From IMG/VR virus record IMGVR_UViG_2579778894_000010: 6,498 bases of DNA. One strand, 5' to 3'. A model generated the notes under the pieces. The model was not told the DNA's origin and made no database searches. It saw only the letters and a program-made list of their open reading frames with translations. Positions 1 to 5,829 of the stretch are shown piece by piece. Positions within the stretch are counted from its first letter, which is position 1. Each line of letters opens with the position of its first letter. This stretch comes from a virus. Its lineage: Duplodnaviria; Heunggongvirae; Uroviricota; Caudoviricetes. Made by a program: the position numbers and the translations under genes.

Positions 1-79
1 CGATGCAGATCGTTCAGGCTGTAACGCCCATAAGCATCACGACGAACTTCAATACCATCAATGACCATCAGATTATTCA
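1..79 (-). CDS. 5' fragment of an unidentified gene downstream of rusA (first 26 codons, continues past window start)
   Basis: ATG at 79..77 preceded by a strong SD (minus-strand AGAGGAG at 91-97); frame open to the window edge, translating MNNLMVIDGIEVRRDAYGRYSLNDLH. The fragment is too short to assign a family. Confidence 0.4.
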
Positions 80-99
80 TACTTCGTTTCTCCTCTTGA

Positions 100-489
100 T
101 CAGGCGGCTGCACCCGCCGTTTTCTCGTACTTACTGATAGTGATCTCGACCTTCCCTTTCGGGATAACCGGTCCCCACTCCACCAGCATTCTTTTCACCT
201 GACTGTCGTCTTCCCACACACCCGCATGGGTCAGGGCGTCAAACAGCGCCTTGTTATAGTTGTCCAGATCGCGGATCCGGTTATCCGGAGGAAACAACAC
301 GATCTCCACTGAAGCAGGTGCCGACGTTGGTTTCGGCAGACGACGTAACTGCTCAACTATTGCTGCGCACGCCGCGCTCTGGAATTTGCGCCCCGCTGCG
401 CTTATCAGACTCTTACCAGCAAACGCCCCTTTGTTGGGGTGTCGCCAGTACGTGTTCACGCTGGGCGGGAAAGGCAAGATCAGCTTCAT
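100..489 (-). CDS. rusA: RusA-family Holliday junction resolvase
   Basis: 129-aa ORF with the RusA-like pattern LPFPPSVNTYWRH ... PPDNRIRDLDNYNKALFDALTHAGVWEDDSQV (acidic catalytic cluster). Its ATG (489..487) overlaps the upstream gene's TGA (486-488) as ATGA. Confidence 0.88.
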   Translation of the reverse strand: MKLILPFPPSVNTYWRHPNKGAFAGKSLISAAGRKFQSAACAAIVEQLRRLPKPTSAPASVEIVLFPPDNRIRDLDNYNKALFDALTHAGVWEDDSQVKRMLVEWGPVIPKGKVEITISKYEKTAGAAA

Positions 490-812
490 ACTTTCAGGCC
501 CCTCTCATGTAACCAGTGGGCTGCACGCAGCCTGGCGTTTTCCTCACCGGCAAGCAGTGCGCGGATAATCCCGACCGCCTCGCTGTCGTCGTCCTTCACC
601 GCGGTATGAAGAGTTATCCCCCGGGCCACGCCACGCTTTATCGTGATGACGCCTTTTTTCTCCAGTGCGCGAAGATGCTCCACCGCTGCATTCACCGAAC
701 GGTATCCCAGCATGGTTGCCACCTCCTGATTGGTTGGCGGAAAGCCACGTTCTTGCTGGTAAGAAATCAGCATATCCAGCACCTGCTGCTGGCATTGAGT
801 TAACGTCGTCAT
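486..812 (-). CDS. LexA N-terminal (winged-HTH) DNA-binding domain protein lacking the S24 peptidase domain
   Basis: 108 aa. Residues about 5-70 (QQQVLDMLISYQQERGFPPTNQEVATMLGYRSVNAAVEHLRALEKKGVI) closely resemble the LexA N-domain including the recognition-helix region SxNAAxEHLxAL. No Ser/Lys autoprotease domain; short C-terminal helical tail instead. ATGA overlap with the Dam stop at 809-812. Confidence 0.8.
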   Translation of the reverse strand: MTTLTQCQQQVLDMLISYQQERGFPPTNQEVATMLGYRSVNAAVEHLRALEKKGVITIKRGVARGITLHTAVKDDDSEAVGIIRALLAGEENARLRAAHWLHERGLKV

Positions 813-1462
813 GCCGCCATCTCCCTGACCAGTTTTTCCGCCTGCTGGCGAACCTGCGCCAGAAAGGCCTCACCACATGCCTCAAGTTCATCGCGCCCGA
901 TGTAGCTGATTGCCGGTCCCTTCCGGGTCTTGTCGAAAACAGCAATAGCACCAGCGAAGAAAGCGCCTGTCGGCACCTGCTTCTCGTCCTTCGGGATAAA
1001 CCAGGCTGGCAGTTCAAAACCAATACGCCCGCGAATAAAAGCAATATGGTCTGCATCTTCCGGCCACCAAACTTCGCTGGTGGCAGCTTTGATCAGGAAA
1101 ACATAGCGCCCGCCTTTATCACGCATGGCACTGGCATGCTTCATGATGTAACGCATGCCGGTGATGTATTGCCCCTCATGCTGACTGGCGCGGCTGTACG
1201 GGGGATTACCAAAGGCAGCACCTTTAAGCTCCGCAAGACGTTCTGACCAGTCATGCGCCAGCGCGTTGTCTTCCGCAGTGTAATACGCGGCGCATTTGGC
1301 GTTATCACCATCAGTAAACAGATCCAGAACAAACGGGCCAAACAGGGTGTTAATTCCCCAGAAAATGTTGTCCGGCGTGCGCCACTGATCGCCCACTTCC
1401 TTCAGTTCATGGGCTGGTTTGTTCCGCAGCTCCACCAGCGCCTGGCAATATTTATTACTCAT
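809..1462 (-). CDS. phage Dam-type DNA N6-adenine methyltransferase
   Basis: Catalytic motif NPPY in FGNPPYS; overall resemblance to phage orphan N6-adenine MTases. Start chosen at ATG 1462..1460 (MSNKYCQ...) because it overlaps the upstream stop as TAATG; the track ORF extends to 1495 with an alternative upstream start. Confidence 0.85.
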   Translation of the reverse strand: MSNKYCQALVELRNKPAHELKEVGDQWRTPDNIFWGINTLFGPFVLDLFTDGDNAKCAAYYTAEDNALAHDWSERLAELKGAAFGNPPYSRASQHEGQYITGMRYIMKHASAMRDKGGRYVFLIKAATSEVWWPEDADHIAFIRGRIGFELPAWFIPKDEKQVPTGAFFAGAIAVFDKTRKGPAISYIGRDELEACGEAFLAQVRQQAEKLVREMAA

Positions 1463-1950
1463 TAAGCCCCCACGTAATTCCCTGACAGATACCACTCTTC
1501 ACCCGATGCAGCGCGCTTGCTGCTTTTCCGTAAACACCGCTCACGACGCGCAAGAAAATTGTTTCGCTCTTGCTGGGAGTGGCTTTCACGGAATGCCGCC
1601 ATCCACACCGTTGCAGCACGACGGTATAAGCCCCTGGACTCCAGTTCTTCCGCCTGGCGAGTCAGGCACAAAATCACCCGGGGATCGTTAGTGCCGACAT
1701 AGAAATTGCGCACAGGTCTGGATTCACGAACTGGTTGCGGTTCCGGCTCCTGCGGTATCTCAGTCAGCCGCGGGAAATGTCTGCGTGTATCCCCTTCACA
1801 ACGGTGAGCCACACGCCCACTCTGACGTAACTTGCTTGCTGACTGCAGAACGCGCTGTCGTGAGTAACCTGCAAAAGCATCCGCAATGTCTCCGGAAGTA
1901 CACCCCGGATGGGCTTCAATGAATTTCTGAACGTCATTCAAAAGACTCAT
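1462..1950 (-). CDS. PerC-like transcriptional regulator with N-terminal extension
   Basis: C-terminal half (RQAEELESRGLYRRAATVWMAAFRESHSQQERNNFLARRERCL) matches the PerC/Pch-type pattern (GLWRRAA..W ... RR..C) as I recall it. ATG at 1950..1948 lies just after the upstream TGA (1953-1955) with a G-rich SD-like sequence; the track start at 1956 is GTG. Confidence 0.6.
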   Translation of the reverse strand: MSLLNDVQKFIEAHPGCTSGDIADAFAGYSRQRVLQSASKLRQSGRVAHRCEGDTRRHFPRLTEIPQEPEPQPVRESRPVRNFYVGTNDPRVILCLTRQAEELESRGLYRRAATVWMAAFRESHSQQERNNFLARRERCLRKSSKRAASGEEWYLSGNYVGA

Positions 1951-1952
1951 GA

Positions 1953-2894
1953 TCACCCCCTGAATCCTGCCGGGATCTGGCTGTAGTCCACGTTGTCGTA
2001 ACTGGCTTTGAAGTACGGGTCTTCGCGTTTTTCGGTGTACGTGCTGACGGACGGCGATAAGCGCAGGGAAAGCTCATCCCATTTTTCCCGCAGCTTCGAC
2101 GGGCTGAGCACGTTACGGCACCAGAACGGATCGCGACTGACGCGGCTGTACATCTCGCAGATTTGTTTATGAGTACGACCATCCTGCACACACATCAGGC
2201 GAATTTCGTTTGCCCAGGCTGTCCAGTTCGGTTCTTTGGGACGAACCACCTCGCCGTCACATTCGGCGGCATGCTCGTACAGGGCGATGATTTTTTTCCA
2301 GAGCCACTGTGCGCAGGTCAAATCATCCTGCGTCCCCCACTGGCGCTTTTTAGGGCTGAATACAACCGCATCAGGATGGCGAGTTAAAAAATCCTGTTCA
2401 GCCGTCTGCGTGTCCGGTTGCGAAGCGTCCGGACGAGAAGTTTTTTTATCTGACGGATCATGTTTTGATTTTACTGACGGATCCCCACCAGATTCTGACG
2501 GGTGAAAACCCGCTTTTTTGCCAGATTTCGACGCATCAAATTTTGACGGGTCAGATTTTGATGCGTCAGATTTTGACGGGTCAGAATCTGACAGTTGAGA
2601 AAATGCCGCTGCCTGAAGCTTCGCAACGTTAAGCTGATAAACATTCGACGCATTGCGGTTACCCTGGCGACGCGCCCTACGCGTTAACCAGCCTTCTGCT
2701 TCCAGCCGTGCGATAGCCGTTCTGACGGTACTCATCCCCGCGCCAATCTGGCGGGCAATGGTTTCAATTGATGGCCAGCACACACCTTCGTCATTACTGA
2801 AATCAGCCAGGCGGGCCATAATTGCCACGCTGGATAATTTCATGCCTGATGCAGCGCAACCATCCCATACATAGCCGGTTAATTTAGTGCTCAT
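1953..2894 (-). CDS. replication initiator (lambda O-like organisation: N-terminal HTH DNA-binding domain, repeat linker, DnaT-like C-terminal domain)
   Basis: 313 aa. N-terminal winged-HTH segment (VAIMARLADFSNDEGVCWPSIETIARQIGAGMSTVRTAIARLEAEGWL); low-complexity SK(S/F)D-rich linker encoded by the iteron array; C-terminal tail ending SQIPAGFRG resembles the C-terminus of host DnaT. SD AGAGG 8 nt upstream of ATG 2894. Confidence 0.8.
   Translation of the reverse strand: MSTKLTGYVWDGCAASGMKLSSVAIMARLADFSNDEGVCWPSIETIARQIGAGMSTVRTAIARLEAEGWLTRRARRQGNRNASNVYQLNVAKLQAAAFSQLSDSDPSKSDASKSDPSKFDASKSGKKAGFHPSESGGDPSVKSKHDPSDKKTSRPDASQPDTQTAEQDFLTRHPDAVVFSPKKRQWGTQDDLTCAQWLWKKIIALYEHAAECDGEVVRPKEPNWTAWANEIRLMCVQDGRTHKQICEMYSRVSRDPFWCRNVLSPSKLREKWDELSLRLSPSVSTYTEKREDPYFKASYDNVDYSQIPAGFRG
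2446..2598. repeat. iteron-like array (candidate origin of replication) inside the initiator gene
   Basis: Five tandem 15-bp units at 2524-2598 (GATTTCGACGCATCA, AATTTTGACGGGTCA, GATTTTGATGCGTCA, GATTTTGACGGGTCA, GAATCTGACAGTTGA) plus three more TGACGG-containing copies at 2446-2505. Each unit carries a short palindrome TGACGGGTCA. Confidence 0.6.
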
Positions 2895-2903
2895 GACCGA
2901 CCT

Positions 2904-3242
2904 CTATTTCCCTGAATTTACGACGAAACTGTTCGAGCGGGCTGAAGCACTCATGCTCATAGCCTTCGCGGAGGTAGATAACACGTTGTGTTTCCGGCTC
3001 CCAACGAATGACTCTGACGGGCACTCCGTAGTGATCTTTGAACCAGCGGTTAACTTGTCGCAAAGGACTGTCTCCTTCTGCCGGTTGAAATCACCCACAG
3101 CCCACTCTGCAAAGCTGTGGGTTACAATTTCCCTGTCACCTGGTACATTTACTGCATAGCAATACTCCACCTTCGCTTTTCCACCCGGTACAGGAAGCGC
3201 AATCAGTTGCGAGCGACGGTAGTGTGTTGTTAAACTGTTCAT
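2904..3242 (-). CDS. hypothetical protein (112 aa)
   Basis: ATG 3242..3240 overlaps the upstream TGA as ATGA; ends 10 nt before the initiator start. No recognisable motif; C-terminal third is low complexity. Contains a perfect 8-bp hairpin at 3094-3121. Confidence 0.5.
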   Translation of the reverse strand: MNSLTTHYRRSQLIALPVPGGKAKVEYCYAVNVPGDREIVTHSFAEWAVGDFNRQKETVLCDKLTAGSKITTECPSESFVGSRKHNVLSTSAKAMSMSASARSNSFVVNSGK

Positions 3243-3802
3243 GCGTTAGTTTCTCCACAGTCACGACACGCCACGGCGCCCGGAGCTGCACACTCGCGGG
3301 CGTCATTACTTTCTGAAATGCAAAAAATTTTGTAGACCAGTGCTGCATGCTCCTGCAGCTTCGAAATTGAGAGGTACAGCTCGTCGTTAATTGCTGTCTT
3401 CTCATGCGGTTCCACTACACCGTCTTCAATTGCTGAACGAATCTGTTTTGAATAACTGCCGATCTGTTCAATGACTTCCAGCAGGCGCTGGTTAATATCG
3501 GCGTTGTCCACATCCTCGACGTCAGGAAGAGACACAAAGACGCCATTTGCAGACTGCGCCACTGCGTCAGCAATGAAGTGAGTTCCACCAGCACGTTGCA
3601 AAATCATTGCCCATCCCAGCGGGAAAATCTGATCGCCATCGGCACGAAGGCGGTTAAATAATGCGTTCTCTGTTACATCCAGCCAGTCAGCTGCTTCAGC
3701 GTAACCACCCGGCAACTTTGCGATAGTTTTTCTGACAGCTTTCACGTACCACTCAGGCTGTTTTTCTACTTTCCAGTGATGCTTACCCACGGTTAGCCTC
3801 AT
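3239..3802 (-). CDS. CII-like/YdaT-like phage regulatory protein (tentative)
   Basis: Occupies the cII position directly after cro. Central segment ([41 protein letters not shown]) looks like a CII-type HTH; acidic C-terminal part. Start uncertain: ATG 3802 has a weak SD, in-frame GTG 3790 has GAGG at a 6-nt spacer, and the track ORF starts at 3904 overlapping cro. Confidence 0.55.
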   Translation of the reverse strand: MRLTVGKHHWKVEKQPEWYVKAVRKTIAKLPGGYAEAADWLDVTENALFNRLRADGDQIFPLGWAMILQRAGGTHFIADAVAQSANGVFVSLPDVEDVDNADINQRLLEVIEQIGSYSKQIRSAIEDGVVEPHEKTAINDELYLSISKLQEHAALVYKIFCISESNDARECAAPGAVACRDCGETNA

Positions 3803-3827
3803 CGTTCTGTGGTTTCTGTTAATCGAT

Positions 3828-4028
3828 TTATCCATTAGATTTTTCATAAAGCTCAGGTTTAAATGGCAACCGTCCGCAAGTTCTATATGCAGCTTCTGCT
3901 GCACGTCCTTTTGGAATTAACTGGCCCGGACGGTTTCGCCACTGATAAACGGCTTCAGTTGTTATGCCGAAAAAAGCAGCAACTTTCTCAATACTGCCGA
4001 AGTAGCTTTCGATATCGTCAGTTGTCAT
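3828..4028 (-). CDS. cro: Cro-type repressor (P22 Cro-like)
   Basis: 66 aa, divergent from the cI-like gene. HTH segment FGSIEKVAAFFGITTEAVYQWRN resembles P22 Cro as I recall it. Strong SD GGAGGG 5-10 nt upstream of ATG 4028. Confidence 0.8.
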   Translation of the reverse strand: MTTDDIESYFGSIEKVAAFFGITTEAVYQWRNRPGQLIPKGRAAEAAYRTCGRLPFKPELYEKSNG

Positions 4029-4125
4029 ACGCCCTCCAAACTAAGTTTTGTTAGATGCTAATTACAAATCTATCTTTGGTCAATAAAAACTAAGATTACT
4101 TAGCGATTAAAGAAATGGTGCTCCT
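4029..4125. promoter_or_regulatory. divergent immunity promoter/operator region (oR-like; pR toward cro, pRM toward cI)
   Basis: Two 14-bp dyad sites of form CTAA-N6-TTAG: 4041-4054 (CTAAGTTTTGTTAG) and 4090-4103 (CTAAGATTACTTAG). Minus-strand candidate pR: -35 TTGACC, 17-nt spacer, -10 TAGCAT, placed so the 4041-4054 site overlaps the transcript start. Confidence 0.6.
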
Positions 4126-4752
4126 ATGGAAACGGTTGGTCAGCGTATAAAAGCTCTGAGAAGAGTTACCAGAACGTCCCAGAAAGAATTGGGTAAATTT
4201 TGTGGAGTAAGCGACGTTGCTGTGGGGTACTGGGAGAAAGACATCAATACCCCTGGCGGGGAGGCACTTTCGAAATTAGCGAAGTTCTTCAATACGTCAA
4301 TAGATTACATTCTTTACGGTGCTGAGTTTGAAGGCAAACTCGTCACAAACATGCGCAGAGTTCCTGTAATATCGTGGGTTCAGGCTGGGCAGTTTACTGA
4401 GTGCAGGGCAGCAGAAGTGTTTAGTGAAGTGGACAAGTGGGTAGATACATCATTAAAGGTTGGTGATAACTCATTTGCATTAGAGGTTAAAGGTGACTCC
4501 ATGACTAACCCTAATGGCCTCCCAACAATACCAGAAGGCGCAACAGTGATTGTAGATCCAGATGCAGAACCTCGTCATGGAAAAATAGTCATCGCTCGAC
4601 TTGATGGAACAAACGAAGCTACAGTAAAAAAATTAGTCATCGATGGCCCTCAAAAGTTTTTAGTGCCATTAAATCCTCGGTATCCCAACATCCCTATCAA
4701 TGGTAATTGCCTTATCATTGGTGTAGTCAAAGGAGTTCAATACGAACTCTAA
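4126..4752 (+). CDS. cI: cI/C2-type prophage repressor (XRE HTH plus S24 LexA-like autopeptidase domain)
   Basis: 208 aa. N-terminal HTH (QKELGKFCGVSDVAVGYWEK); C-terminal S24 signatures: catalytic Ser in GDSM, Lys in EATVKKLV, and a cleavage-site-like AG; overall resembles P22 C2. Confidence 0.9.
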   Translation: METVGQRIKALRRVTRTSQKELGKFCGVSDVAVGYWEKDINTPGGEALSKLAKFFNTSIDYILYGAEFEGKLVTNMRRVPVISWVQAGQFTECRAAEVFSEVDKWVDTSLKVGDNSFALEVKGDSMTNPNGLPTIPEGATVIVDPDAEPRHGKIVIARLDGTNEATVKKLVIDGPQKFLVPLNPRYPNIPINGNCLIIGVVKGVQYEL

Positions 4753-4764
4753 GACCTCTCTTCT

Positions 4765-4797
4765 CTAACTAAGGCACCGAACCAAGAAAAGTTTGGT
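4765..4797 (+). terminator. rho-independent terminator downstream of the cI-like gene
   Basis: Stem CACCGAAC (4765-4772) / GTTTGGTG (4781-4788), 8 bp with one G-U, 8-nt loop, followed by TTTTCTCTT. Confidence 0.55.
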
Positions 4798-4824
4798 GTT
4801 TTCTCTTGTCATGATAACTAAGTT
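4796..4824 (+). promoter_or_regulatory. candidate pL/oL-like element: operator copy overlapping a sigma70-like promoter
   Basis: AACTAAGTTAAGTTAGAT (4806-4823) matches the oR site AACTAAGTTTTGTTAGAT (4039-4056) at 16 of 18 positions. It sits inside -35 TTGTCA (4796-4801), 17-nt spacer, -10 TAGATT (4819-4824) on the plus strand. Confidence 0.4.
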
Positions 4825-4917
4825 AAGTTAGATTTTATATCAAAGATAACGAACAGGCAGGACGCCCACGAAGTAGCCGCCTGGGGCATATGAAGTCCAG
4901 GATGATTCGTTAGCAAC

Positions 4918-4940
4918 AAAAAAGCGCCCTACAGGACGCT
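4918..4940 (-). terminator. rho-independent terminator for the minus-strand orphan gene
   Basis: On the minus strand: AGCGUCC-UGUA-GGGCGCU stem-loop (7 bp, one G-U) followed by U6 (plus-strand A-run 4918-4923), about 40 nt after the stop at 4980. It is strand-specific: the same position is a C-A mismatch in plus-strand RNA. Confidence 0.5.
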
Positions 4941-4979
4941 TAGCTCTTTAACAATCTGGATATCCACAACAGTAGTAAT

Positions 4980-5471
4980 CTACAGATTGCCGTTAAGTTT
5001 TCTGGACAACTCCTCAATGGATGGAGGCGATACGTAATCCGGATTTTTATTCATCAGAAACTTATTTTCACAGTGGAGGCACCTGCTTTTATGAAAAAGC
5101 TCATCTTCGCTAACCGGGAATGGTTGAAGTATCGATACTATCTTTTGTCCAAAACATTTTGGGCAAAGATGCATGGTTATGCTGCCACCGTTCACGATTA
5201 CCTCCTTCGAGTATACAAAAGTACCCGACTCAAGTTGGTTAAGGATATAGCCTTCCGTCTGAGCCTCAAAGTTTTCGAATTCTGCAATTTTAGCTTTGAG
5301 AGAAGCATTTATTTCTTGATAAGAGCCCACCAGTTCAACGAGAGACACGCATTCGCGCTGAATAGACGCAAGCTTTGAGTTCAGCTCACCAATAGCCGCA
5401 TTTACTTCAGCTTGAGTTTTTGCCTCGTTCATTAGTTTTGCAATCTGGGCTGTTTCACGAATAGCCGTCAT
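4980..5471 (-). CDS. orphan coiled-coil / C4 zinc-ribbon protein (about 163 aa); candidate moron
   Basis: Predicted start ATG 5471..5469 (MTAIRETAQIAKLMNEAK...); the track ORF extends to 5759 but the extra N-terminal 96 codons look like non-coding read-through. N-terminal half is heptad-like and Ala/Glu/Lys-rich; C-terminal half has CPKC-x21-CLHC. By eye it is AT-rich and convergent with cI. Alternative GTG start at 5495. Confidence 0.6.
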   Translation of the reverse strand: MTAIRETAQIAKLMNEAKTQAEVNAAIGELNSKLASIQRECVSLVELVGSYQEINASLKAKIAEFENFEAQTEGYILNQLESGTFVYSKEVIVNGGSITMHLCPKCFGQKIVSILQPFPVSEDELFHKSRCLHCENKFLMNKNPDYVSPPSIEELSRKLNGNL

Positions 5472-5509
5472 TGCTGCCGTTAATTCAGCGATCACATTGA
5501 ATACTCTTA

Positions 5510-5555
5510 TTGTTGTTGGGGATATCCAGATTAACCGAATCCTTGTTGTTGGGGA
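5510..5555. repeat. two exact 13-bp direct repeats (TTGTTGTTGGGGA) spaced 33 bp, upstream of the orphan gene
   Basis: Copies at 5510-5522 and 5543-5555, lying 40-85 bp upstream of the predicted start at 5471. Confidence 0.6.
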
Positions 5556-5782
5556 ATAACCAGGTCCACCTCGCCTGATGTGGCTAAAAGCAGGCACATA
5601 ACAGCTAAGTATTTTCAACCAGAGAGAATCCTTAGCGTTGTGGTGAATGCGGCTCAGCGCACGCGGGTTAAGGTTGAGGCTGACAGTCGACCTTCTGTGG
5701 ATACCCACCCGCCTGGTGTGCAACCTTCGCCAGGCACCGGGAGGCACCCGGCACCACAACTTTATGCTGTGTGTAGTCCTGG

Positions 5783-5828
5783 CGGTACCAGTTTGTACCC
5801 TTGCTTCCGGCTGGTACCGTCCTTTTTT
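5783..5828 (+). terminator. terminator-like hairpin followed by a T-run (plus strand)
   Basis: Perfect 9-bp stem CGGTACCAG (5783-5791) / CTGGTACCG (5811-5819), 19-nt loop, then TCC TTTTTT (T-run 5823-5828). Confidence 0.45.
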
Positions 5829-5829
5829 G

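Noticed and set aside
2471-2653. 60-aa minus-strand ORF with repeated LTRQNL motifs
   Set aside because: It is an alternate frame of the 15-bp iteron repeats inside the replication initiator gene; the repetitive peptide is an artefact of the DNA repeat.
260-3159. Plus-strand ORFs in the track (260-568, 318-512, 516-803, 665-1246, 1253-1465, 1419-1691, 1517-1702, 2163-2387, 2236-2505, 2653-2874, 2887-3159)
   Set aside because: All are antisense to a tightly packed, translationally coupled minus-strand operon with recognisable products. They lack SD sequences and have Arg/Pro/Ser-rich shadow-frame composition.
544-3405. Out-of-frame minus-strand ORFs 544-1056, 1141-1341, 1934-2191 and 3136-3405
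   Set aside because: They overlap the Dam, LexA-like, initiator, PerC-like and CII-like genes in other frames and show low-complexity, Arg-rich composition with no motif.
3700-3860. CII-type TTGC-N6-TTGC activator site for a pRE-like promoter
   Set aside because: Searched by eye on the plus strand near the cro/CII-like boundary; only TTGC-N6-TTTT (about 3724-3739) was found, which is not a convincing match.
3863-4054. 63-aa plus-strand ORF across the cro region
   Set aside because: Antisense to the well-supported cro gene and running through the operator region; no SD.
5073-5378. 101-aa plus-strand ORF
   Set aside because: Antisense to the orphan gene; no SD and no motif.
5510-5555. Type III toxin-antitoxin (ToxIN-like) reading of the direct repeats
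   Set aside because: Only two copies, no terminator between the repeats and the gene, and the downstream protein does not resemble ToxN/AbiQ-type endoribonucleases as far as I can judge. Kept as a regulatory repeat.
5472-5759. N-terminal 96-codon extension of the orphan-gene ORF (track start at 5759)
   Set aside because: The extension begins at a TTG, translates the direct repeats and GC-rich block into Arg/Pro/Trp-rich sequence, and has no SD. The open frame is noted, but the start at 5471 (or 5495) is more plausible.
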